The position numbers and the translations under genes were made by a program. DNA of 63,744 nucleotides, counting the filler. It is 12 parts of 12 records of this genome, joined end to end, with 100 filler letters (N's around TTAATTAATTAA, not from the genome) between each part and the next. Parts side by side here need not be neighbours in the genome. Positions count along the whole stretch, not along the records: positions 1 to 3,894 come from SRR15195285_4069; positions 3,995 to 8,528 come from SRR15195285_4070; positions 8,629 to 12,111 come from SRR15195285_4072; 9 more parts are not named here. One strand, 5' to 3'. The notes below the pieces were generated by a model. The model was not told the origin of the DNA. It ran no database searches and saw only the letters and a list, made by a program, of their open reading frames with translations. Positions 1 to 9,155 of this stretch are shown one piece after another (within the stretch, counting starts at the first letter, position 1; the number at the start of each line of letters is the position of its first letter).

Positions 1-280
1 TACATTACCCAATACCGGTATAGGCACTAGAGGCGTGTCCCAGTAGCTATAGCGCGTATAGTAAGGATCCTAAGGTACACACACTACTACTATTAATAGT
101 ACAGAGCTAGCATCTGCATACGCATGCTGTGCGCGCGATGCGATGCGACGCGGCGCGGCGGAACGTCCGCGGCGCGCGCCGGACCGCGGTACGTACTGTA
201 GCCAGAACGGCGCGGACGTCACGTACGCGGAGGGTCACGTACGTCCAACAAGACGAACTGCGTGGTGTCTTCAAACTCTC

Positions 281-1025
281 ATGCCCACAATCCCAGCGGA
301 GGTGGCTGAGGCGATCTCCACCTCCGAGTTCACCATTCTCACGTTTGCCCGCGGGCACTGGTGACCATTTTGACAGGTGCTCGCTGTCTCCCCACCTGCA
401 TGCACTAGATAGGCAGTGGAGCTTGCTGTCCGCCCCGATTCCCACACAGTACATTGTTCTGGCCCTGCGAACCATGGTCGCCCATAGTCTATCCTCAGCC
501 TGGCAACATCTGCAGGCGTGGACGAAGGAATGGGCAGAGCTCGTTCCGCAGATCAAGTCTGCCGGGGGCTCGATCGCCACCGTCACAAGCCAGCTGGACG
601 ACATTGACTACGCACGGGCGTGGAAGATGGATCTATCTGATTATCCAGTTCACCACGACCCAGCGAACGTATTCGCTTCGTACTTCGACGTTACCACGGA
701 CGCGAAAATGGCGACACAGCGCCCGGGCTACAAGGAAGGAGGTGAGATGGTTCAACCGGCCTGCATGGTCGTGGACGCAAACGGCAACGAAATCTACTCC
801 TGGCGTCTCGTGCCGAGCCCAGAGAATTTGGGTGGCGCCATTGATCGCCCTGTCCCATCTGAAGTGTGGGCAAGGGTTAAGGCTGTCCTGGCGGGTACAG
901 ACGAAGCGAGTCTTCCTGCTGTCTCGATTGACAAGCAGGAGGAGACTGTCAAGGCGTTAGCGGCGAAGATGCCGCCGATGGCAAAGGCTCTACAGGCTGT
1001 GGGTCGCCTGCCGGCGAAATTGTAG
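281..1025 (+). CDS. AhpC/TSA (peroxiredoxin-like, thioredoxin-fold) selenoprotein with UxxU motif; exons 281-376 and 516-1025, about 201 aa
   Basis: ATG at 281 reads MPTIPAEVAEAISTSEFTILTFARGHW-TGA(362-364)-P-F-TGA(371-373)-Q. A phase-0 GT..AG intron (377-515) joins it to AWTKEWAELVPQIKSAGGSIATVTSQ...YPVHHDPANVFA...QPACMVVDANG...RPVPSEVW. This fits the AhpC/TSA pattern RGxWCPxC...G..lvaiS...SDP...Pa.fViD..G without gaps around the redox motif. Confidence 0.88.
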
Positions 1026-1122
1026 GGACCACATCTGCACCACGGCCGGCCTACAGTTCTCTAGTGTATGAAATGGCGCACACACAGAGAGATCGGGTGG
1101 TATGCTCCTGTAGATCTATACA

Positions 1123-1220
1123 TCGTCGAAGAATGATGCCCGCCAGACAACCTGGATGACTGCCATGAGACGCAGTTCTAGCAAGTGTCGCGGGCTGATC
1201 GCAGCAAAAGCTGACGACGA
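1123..1220 (+). promoter_or_regulatory. Candidate eukaryotic SECIS element (type II-like) in the 3' UTR of the UxxU gene
   Basis: Core ATGA-T (1133-1137) opposite T-GA-T (1196-1199). Helix II of 11 nt, GCCCGCCAGAC/GTGTCGCGGGC (9 of 11 pair), is followed by unpaired AA (1149-1150). Apical stems CTGGA/TCTAG and ACTGC/GCAGT. Basal helix TCGTCG/CGACGA. Lies about 100 nt after the TAG stop. Confidence 0.75.
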
Positions 1221-1920
1221 GGCAAGCATACAATTCAGCTATTGTTTTGTTCAACCATTTACTGTGTTAAAACACAAGACATTCGTTGTTTCGTTGCAAG
1301 TTTTGCAAGAGGATAGTGGCGAGACCACTGATCAGAACGGCGGGCTGTCTGCGTGCTCCTCCAAGCGCGCCACGCGCCGCTCCTCATGATCTCGGGGGTC
1401 TGGGACATAGAGTTGGAGCGCGAGCTCACCATCGCCGGGAGAGCATCGCCATGGCAGCAGCGGGAGGAGAAAGGCGGTACCGGGCGCCCAGCAAGGCAGC
1501 GTGCAAATGTTACCGATGTGTAGTTGCTTAGTTGGCGCGTAAGTGTTCTCAGTGGTACAGTGTTGGAATGGAGGGAGGAGTGCGTCTGTGACTCTCAGGC
1601 CTAGCAGAACCGTCAGGGAATATACAGTTAGATCTAGATCACTGTGCAGTTAGATCTAGATCTTGCCGTTTGAGCTCAAACGGAACAGGTACTAAACTGT
1701 CGTCTCGAAGCCACATCAAGCCACAACATTTCAATTAGACGCAGGCATAGTGAACCACAACACCGATACGAGCTGCCGTTCACTGTGGATACGTTCAAAT
1801 TGTGGTCATCAATTTAATGGTATAACGGGCTGCAAAAGGCCGTTTTCCGAGGCCGTCATTTCATCTATCTTTACCTGTGAGGTGTTCGACAGAGACTTTG
1901 CTGCCGTGGATATGCATAGC

Positions 1921-3703
1921 TCACTCAGCCATAACAACCGTTCCAGTGTAACTCGAGCAGTTGAAGCGCACCATCGATTTGCTCCACCTGCGCACAAATA
2001 CCCCAGAGCTACCAGGGATAGTCTCATGGTAGGTCTCGTCAACAGGAATTCCTAATTCGGTTCAATGCAATCCAGACGCGGATGGTCGCGTGAGTTTCCG
2101 CGGCTATGGGAAATTCGGGTCAGCCTTGGTATAAACTCACCATAGTCGCGATCGAATTGTTCGATAAATGGAGGGTAGCAATCGCAGCCTGCCCATCCTG
2201 CGCCCAGCCAAGCTGTGTGCGCACAAGCAATAATCGAGAGTGAAGCACTCAGCGTGGGTCTGTCGCTTTAGCGTTGCACGCAATATGCCTGGGATCACAC
2301 TCACCGTATTCTCCACGCACTAAAAGAAATGTGGCGAGATCCTCGTCTGGTGAAGTGTAGTTGTAGCTAGCTGGGCAATGATCGCAAGCCCTACAGCATC
2401 AGCAATGAGAAAGTGGAGTTTAAACTTGAGAGGCTCTGATTCTACTTCGAGAAACGTACCGGGTGCGCGTGTGCGCCATACTCATCTGGATTGCAGCATC
2501 TTTCTGCGTGTTTGCAGTTTTCAGGCGAGGTCTTTGTAAATACACCGGCCTACATGTATATCCGCACGCAAACCAAGAGCAGGATATCCTAGTGAATGCA
2601 GTACTTACAAAGCCCTTGGTCTTCGCAGATCGAAAGTACTCCACACACGCCTTCCCTGGTCTGGGCAAACCTGCAGGTTCAAACCATGCCCAGGACCAAC
2701 CTCCTGCTGCAATTACCTTGTCCTGAACCCTTATCTGGCAATTGAGCACCGAGTTGTCTTAGTACCAAGGCTGCCCCTTACACAACTCAATGCTCGTCCG
2801 CACCATTGTCCGCCGCCAGGCCTCTGTCATCGCTGTGGTGTCAGCCTGGGTGAGGCCCATATCTTCGGTGCAATTGTTGTCCTCCTCCGTCGGGCCGCCG
2901 ATCGTAGCCTTCGATTCACCACCGGTGAAATTCTGCCAGTTGTCGTCAAGGTAGATCGCCGAGATGTTCTCATTGCCAATGGCAGTCGACCCCAAAATAT
3001 GTTCCTCGATCAGCCACTGAACCATCGACTCGTTGTGGTGGTTCCACAAGTACTCCCCACACGGCACACCGCCGCAGTCGCACCCTGGAGCTGAGCAATT
3101 GCCGTCGTTTGCGATGTTCTTGGGTGGCCAGTGTGGGGTTTGCAGCTGGTCGTGGTACAGATCACTGCAGAGCTGCTGCTGTGGTAGGTGCGGCGAGTCG
3201 CAGCGTGGAACGTGGACGGCGCTTGTGTTGTCTTTAAACTTCAAGAACCATCCAGAGTAACTTGGATCGCGCAATTTCTCTGCAACTGCAGGGAACCAGG
3301 GTAGGGCCTTTACAATATTGCGGTAGATGCCGACATGCTGCTTGGGGTTGGCTGCCTTTAGCAGCGCGGCCTGCTCCACCAAGGAGTGCTCTGCATCCAT
3401 AGGTCGTTGCTTCGCCCAACCAACAGGTGCGGGTCCATTCTTGGCGTTGCTCCAATCGATCGAGGCAAAGGCCCATCGATGGAAGTCCTTGGCATGTGCT
3501 GGGTTGATCAAGCCGGTCCCGTTGCAGGGCTCTATCACAGTTGATTCATTCATTCGGTATGTGGCAGGCCAAGGTGGCAGGACGCTAGGGGTTGCGCCAC
3601 AGCAGTGGCCGCACCACTGGCACGTTCCAGGAGGTGGCGGCGGTGAAGACAGCAACGCGGCGGCGAACACGGTAGAACATATCATGGGCGTAAAGAGTGG
3701 CAT
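1921..3703 (-). CDS. Secreted putative glycoside hydrolase (GHL15-like), multi-exon
   Basis: Signal-like N-terminus. Exon 1 has DWSNAK, YRNIVKALPW and IYLDDNW. Later exons, joined across GT-AG introns, read IRVQDKVIAAGGWSWAWF, EDLATFLLVRGEY, AWLGAGWAGC...DRDY and GIP...SGVFVRRWSKSMVRFNC, ending at TGA 1921-1923. The start may be the ATG at 3685. The family call is tentative. Confidence 0.65.
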
Positions 3704-3894
3704 GTCGAACCCAGCCTAGAGGTGCTCCAGAACAGCGAGAACGCTGCCACCCTGGACGAGACACGGCGACGGACGGAACGGCGCCGCGGGACGACGTACG
3801 TACAGTATCGCGCGCGGCGGGCGCGCCGCTATGGTACTGTACTCAACATCGCGCAGTCAATCAACTCGGACTACCCAGGTTCCATTACTGGAAT

Positions 3895-3994
3895 NNNNNN
3901 NNNNNNNNNNNNNNNNNNNNNNNNNNNNNNNNNNNNNNTTAATTAATTAANNNNNNNNNNNNNNNNNNNNNNNNNNNNNNNNNNNNNNNNNNNN
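3895..3994. other. Artificial contig linker (N44-TTAATTAATTAA-N44); first of 11
   Basis: The same 100-bp spacer, with stops in all six frames, occurs at 8529, 12112, 20324, 23845, 27481, 34002, 37570, 41308, 53776 and 60242. Confidence 0.99.
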
Positions 3995-5622
3995 CGCTGA
4001 GGGAGAGCTTCGGTGAGTCGCTGACCGGTGACATGGTTGTTCTTAAAACCACGGTGAACGAGTAGCACTGATATTGGATATTGCTTGTGTGGCCCAGGGT
4101 GTCGTGTATGGACACAACATGCAAGGTGACCGTGACAGAGCAGTTTGTGCACAGACTCTGTTCCCCAGAGTCGCTAGCAAAATATGAGCGCTTCTCGTTG
4201 GCAAAGATGATTGAGGAGCATCGTACTGGTAAGCTTAAGAAGTGCCGCAACCCGGCGTGTGAGATGACGATCCAGTTGACTCGGACTGAGGTTGGATGTC
4301 TCGAGGTGTTTTGTGACGACAACATGGGCGGCTGCGGCTGTTTGAATTGTGGAGTGCCGAGCTGCTGGGAGGAAGCACACTTCCCGCTGGACTGTAAACA
4401 GGTGCCAGAGTGGGCACGAAAATGTAATGAAGACGGAGGACTGAGTGGATGGATCAAGGCTGGTCTTGCGAAAGCTGGCGAAGGTCAGAATACAGATGGC
4501 GTAAAACCGTGTCCAAAGTGTGGAATCTACATAGAAAAGAACGGAGCTTGCCCATATATGCGATGCGGAGGCCACGCCCATACGCAGAACATGGAGGCAG
4601 TTGATGCTGGTGTCGCGTGCGGCTGTGAGTTCTGTTGGGTCTGCATGGAGATTATTGAGCCTGGCAAAGGTCACCAGTGCAACAGCTACCGGAAGAAAGG
4701 AAAGACAGGTGACAAGAAGGACCAGCAGCGGACAAAGGAAGACGAAATCAAATATCTATCGCATTATTACGAGCGGTACGAGCATCATCACGGCAGTCGC
4801 AAGTACATTGACCGCGACAGACAAGCCCAACAACGTCAATACGAAGAGCTCAGCGAAGACAGCACCCTTGCTGTTAGCGTAGACCCACGATATCTGAAGG
4901 ATGCGTGCGAGCTTCTGATTGATGCCAGGCGGGATTTAAAGTGGTCGTACGCAGCAGCGTTTTTCCTTAAACCGTCGCCACAGAAGGATTTCTTTGAGTT
5001 TTTGCAGGGCGACCTCGAGCAAGATGTGGAGTTGCTATCAAAACTGCTAGAGCACAACGTGCCCGGACGTCTGCATGGATATGAGCCGCGCGCGGTGCAC
5101 AAAACGCAGACGACCAGCCGTATGAACGGGGTGCGTCAGAAATTAGAAAATCTTGAGTTTCACGCGGCACAGAATTTCGAATCCGAACCCAGTACGATGC
5201 CAGGAACAGCAGCAGGTGGCCGGGCAGCCAGCTGCACATCAGAGTACGATTCAAATGACATGCTTGATCGACGCCGTCGCCGCGCGCGCAAGTCTGCAGC
5301 CAGCTCGGGGTGGAGTCCCGACCGAACCGCAAAGAAAGACCTGGGCGCCCAAGAAGGCACTTCTGACAGTAGCGCAGAAGGGTCACGGGGACAACGACCA
5401 GGATTATGTGCTCAGTGCACCTACATGAATGACGCTGGCAGCACCTGTAAAATGTGTGGCGGGCCAATAACGCCTAAAGGTGGCCCTATCGCTGTTGCCG
5501 GCGCTGTCAGACCTCCCAAACCAAGCTGCCCCGCGTGGGCAACCGCCTGCCGGGATGGAGAGTCGTGTACGAAGCAAGCCGACGAGACTCACAGCATGCA
5601 GTATTGGCATCCTCCTGCGTAG
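3995..5622 (+). CDS. Ariadne/ARIH-like RBR E3 ubiquitin ligase (5' partial) with C-terminal RanBP2-type and PBZ-like zinc fingers
   Basis: IBR (CRNPAC...CLNC...EAHFPLDC), RING2 (KPCPKCGIYIEKNGAC..M.C...CGCEFCWVC...H.CN) and Ariadne helix (HYYERY..H; RRDLKWSY; FEFLQGDLE). Then CAQCTYMN..CKMCG and CRDGESC..H..YWHP. Confidence 0.85.
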
Positions 5623-5765
5623 TAGTGAAGCCCATGTAGCCACAAGGTAGTACGGGATGTGGCCGATTGAAGCATGTTTATTCCCGCCGTCAACATAGCA
5701 TCCATCTTAATGGCAATGCGTGATTTCCATATTCACGCAAATGCGTTGCGATGCAAATATGGAAA

Positions 5766-8324
5766 TCAGTAGTCGTCCGATGCTACACCACTAGCGGGGC
5801 TGGGATATAGGCCGCCTGGACGATGTCCTTCCTGTCTCGCTTTGAATAGATCCAAGCAGTCCCCTCCCGCATGAACCTTGCCTGCCTCGACATCGTAATA
5901 CCTATCAAGTACAGGGCGCTTGCAGATGAGGCACCGTTCGGCTGTTGCCTCCTGGTACTGCTGATAGCAGTCACCTTCTTCGTGGATAATCAATTTCGCG
6001 TCGCCATTGTCGACTTCAAAGAACTTCGAAAGGACAGAGCCGCCGCAAACTGCGCAACGTGGGGCATTCCGCTCGCGGTAGCGGCTGTAGCATCCTTGTT
6101 CTGAGTGAAGTACAAGCGGATGCTTCCAATCGTCAGTCGCTTCGACTCCATGGGCGGCACTGAGCGTCAATCTCAGAGCGGGAACATTCGGATCATCTTC
6201 GTCCAGCTGATGATATCCGCCAAGCACGGCACCACCGCACTCAAGGCATCGCCGAGCGACTTTTTCGCGGTAAGCTTCGTAACACTTGCCTAGATGTGTC
6301 AGACCCTCAGATACATCGTAATGAGGGTCTCCACGTTCAAAGATACGATCACAAATGAAGCAACGCGCCTGACGTGTTCGTACGAACTGCATCAGCTGCC
6401 GTTGCTTTGGACTCGGCAATTCAGTCGATCTGTCTGCATCTAGAGGAGACAACTGGATGTTAATGCTAGCGTGCATCGTGATGCAGAAGTCCCAGCCGTT
6501 CCCAACCCCAGCAATGCTGCTAGGCCTGTCGTTCTTCCTGCCATGTTCAGCATCGGTGCAGCCGCTGACGCCGGGGGCCCACGCACATGCCACAAGAACG
6601 TAGGTTTCCTGTGGATCGAGGTCCAATTCAGCCCGTCCAAGCCGTCTGTGGAGCCGCAACGCTGGGGTGATCTCGCGCACCCACTCTGGTAGGTACGGAT
6701 CACTGACGGACTCAATTGGCTGAGGCTGCTGCCTCGAGAGCATTCGGCTACCAAACCGAGCTGCTGCCCCATCTCGAATGTTTCGTTTGCTAGATTCAAT
6801 GCCAGAAATTACAGCACGTGGTGCCGTAAGCCTTCGATAGGTAGATGCCGTGACGCAATACAGATACATATCCTCCCACTGTTGCAGCGACGGCCGCGTA
6901 TCCGGCTGTGACAACGTGACTTTGACTCGCACTCTTTCATCGCTGACAAAACGTCGCTTGCCCCGACCAGTACGCCCATCGCGCAACCGAAGTGAAAACG
7001 CCGGGTTGAACTTGAATGTCTCACGGCCACACTTTCCACCGGCACTCGACCCAGCTTGCCAGCTCCCGAGTACCGAAACCCGCCTCTCCATTCTTTCTCC
7101 TTTCCCCTTTGGAAACGCCGAACAAATGCCAATCTCTGTGAAAATGGACTTGAAGTCGCTCCAAGTCATAAAGAAACTCCCCGACTCCGGCACACTCAGC
7201 CTGCTGCTACCAAGAATTTCGCGTTTCACCGCGCTCGTCCATCGGGCAGTGTCGTTCGTGCAGTAAGCGCCGTTCCATTGGCACTTACCGTGTGGGTCAC
7301 GGAGCTCGATGATTCGCTCGCCAGAGGCTAGTTCAATGGCCCCCAGTATCGAGTATTGGTGTTGAGTGTTGAGCCCCAAGGTTGTTGCAGCAGATACTCG
7401 GCCGCTGGCCACAGCGCAGCTAAAGAAGACAGCAGCGCTGGTCCCTTCTCGACCGTCGATTCTAATAGCAGAAGCAGACCTGTCGCGAGGCAGCTTGATC
7501 CTACTCGAAAGCTCAAGCCAGATTCGCTCCGCTGCATCCTCTTTCATTTCCTTTTCCGTCTGTCGTTTCGTACTACGTTTTGCGGAGCTATCTGCTGTGG
7601 ACACACAGTCATCTAACGAGATTCCACCGTCCAGTTCTCGAGTTTCGACGTCACCAGCACACAGGTAGTTCTGTGCATCTACCGCGGCACCACCAATGAG
7701 TGCCTCAAATGAACCCATGAGCTTCGCGAAGGCCTTCTCAATTATGCAAGTCCACAGCGCGCCATCAGAGCTCGGCTGCGCAAAACAAGGCCGCACAACA
7801 CCCCCAGAAATAATGCAGGGAAACCGATCGTCAATTGCTACCGACATCCACCTACCAGCAAAATAAAACTTCACCCCGAACAGACCCACGTCCGAACAGT
7901 CGATGATTAAGTCATGTACAAGATATTCGGGAGGGAGCAGCGCAATTGATGCACATGCTGCCATGAGGTAGCAATCGCCGAGCAACCCCTGTTGGATATC
8001 CGACGGCTGCACGTCCCCCTCATGCCATACCTTTAGTGGCATGTTGGGACGGCGATGTACTTGTGACAACTCGCCGCCAGCAAACTCATCTCTACAGTCA
8101 GCCCAGCGCCTATGCGCACCGTGCCAGCCTTTATGCCTACGTCCCTGCTCGGTTTTGTATGGAAAGAAGACCAGCGTGTCGTCATTCAACGTTCCACCCT
8201 CGACTAGTTGACGAATCGAGTCGGGTCCGACGACATCTTCACCCCTGCTAGCAACAACAAAACTTAGTGCGTGTACTCTGTATGCGCGCATCGTCAGAAA
8301 GAGCTTTGCATGAAGCGCGGGCAA
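5766..8324 (-). CDS. Calpain-family cysteine protease with domain III and C-terminal LIM-like zinc-finger repeats (true start likely upstream)
   Basis: DIQQGLLGDCYLMAA, IDDRFP, LWTCIIEKAFAKLMGS, HQYSI, LRDPHG..WNG; domain III GSW...AGG...NP; four CxxC..H..C repeats; GYF_2-like N-terminal segment. Confidence 0.88.
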   Translation of the reverse strand: MPALHAKLFLTMRAYRVHALSFVVASRGEDVVGPDSIRQLVEGGTLNDDTLVFFPYKTEQGRRHKGWHGAHRRWADCRDEFAGGELSQVHRRPNMPLKVWHEGDVQPSDIQQGLLGDCYLMAACASIALLPPEYLVHDLIIDCSDVGLFGVKFYFAGRWMSVAIDDRFPCIISGGVVRPCFAQPSSDGALWTCIIEKAFAKLMGSFEALIGGAAVDAQNYLCAGDVETRELDGGISLDDCVSTADSSAKRSTKRQTEKEMKEDAAERIWLELSSRIKLPRDRSASAIRIDGREGTSAAVFFSCAVASGRVSAATTLGLNTQHQYSILGAIELASGERIIELRDPHGKCQWNGAYCTNDTARWTSAVKREILGSSRLSVPESGSFFMTWSDFKSIFTEIGICSAFPKGKGERMERRVSVLGSWQAGSSAGGKCGRETFKFNPAFSLRLRDGRTGRGKRRFVSDERVRVKVTLSQPDTRPSLQQWEDMYLYCVTASTYRRLTAPRAVISGIESSKRNIRDGAAARFGSRMLSRQQPQPIESVSDPYLPEWVREITPALRLHRRLGRAELDLDPQETYVLVACAWAPGVSGCTDAEHGRKNDRPSSIAGVGNGWDFCITMHASINIQLSPLDADRSTELPSPKQRQLMQFVRTRQARCFICDRIFERGDPHYDVSEGLTHLGKCYEAYREKVARRCLECGGAVLGGYHQLDEDDPNVPALRLTLSAAHGVEATDDWKHPLVLHSEQGCYSRYRERNAPRCAVCGGSVLSKFFEVDNGDAKLIIHEEGDCYQQYQEATAERCLICKRPVLDRYYDVEAGKVHAGGDCLDLFKARQEGHRPGGLYPSPASGVASDDY

Positions 8325-9155
8325 TCAATACATTGATTGTGCGGATTTTTGGTCAGATTTGCTAACTAGAATCGTACCGCCCAGAAGACCCCTCTTGTCT
8401 GTATTGAAGCTCGGCCTTAAGTCCTATCTCTGCAGCACGACACCAAACTACAGGCTTCTTGGCTGTATCGCCATCGTGGGATTCATCTTGCGGCAAGGAG
8501 GTAAGAAATGCCTGCGCAGGCGCAAACGNNNNNNNNNNNNNNNNNNNNNNNNNNNNNNNNNNNNNNNNNNNNTTAATTAATTAANNNNNNNNNNNNNNNN
8601 NNNNNNNNNNNNNNNNNNNNNNNNNNNNCCAACTCGTTTGACTCATTCCCGGGTCGCGTGGGTGCATCGGTTCTGGTGAGGCCCTGGATGAGAAGTGAGA
8701 TCAGCTTCCGCCGGAGAAAGACTACTGGTAGTTTCTCTCGACTTTTCACTCGTCAATGGCAATTCCTATGGTGACTCATGAAGTCCTTGAACTCATCATG
8801 CAGGCGCTCGTTCCGAGCGTCGTATGCATCTGCTGGAGGTGATCTCACTCACTGTACCGCGTACGTCACACGCGCACGAGAACACAGAACAGTCATTTTC
8901 CCGCTCGACATCAGCGACAACAAGCAGTCAATAAACCGACTGAAATTCCAACATCACGGTGGCCGTCTCCAACTGCAACATCCCTCTCGTAATCAGCATG
9001 AATATGGAGGGATTCGCAGTTCAGTTCTGCTGTCACCGGAAGGATTCCATTTCCAATGCATGGAGGAAAGGACTCGCGAAGCCTCGAGCCAGCTGGCCGG
9101 TCCCTCGCGCTCGACAGGGAGTTGGGCGTTTGGCGTTGGGTACCTCGGCTCAGGG

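Noticed and set aside
362-373. Reading the two TGAs as pseudogene stops or as genome-wide TGA reassignment
   Set aside because: Both land exactly on the redox Cys positions and a SECIS-like hairpin follows. TGA is a normal stop in other genes here, and Trp is encoded by TGG.
129-515. N-terminal part of the 298-aa ORF 129..1025
   Set aside because: It reads through 5' UTR and the 377-515 intron. The real first exon is in another frame and carries the UxxU motif.
8778-9155. N-terminal extension of the 1037-aa ORF (likewise 48935-49186 and 53484-53636)
   Set aside because: Composition looks like UTR or intergenic DNA; downstream ATGs give more plausible starts.
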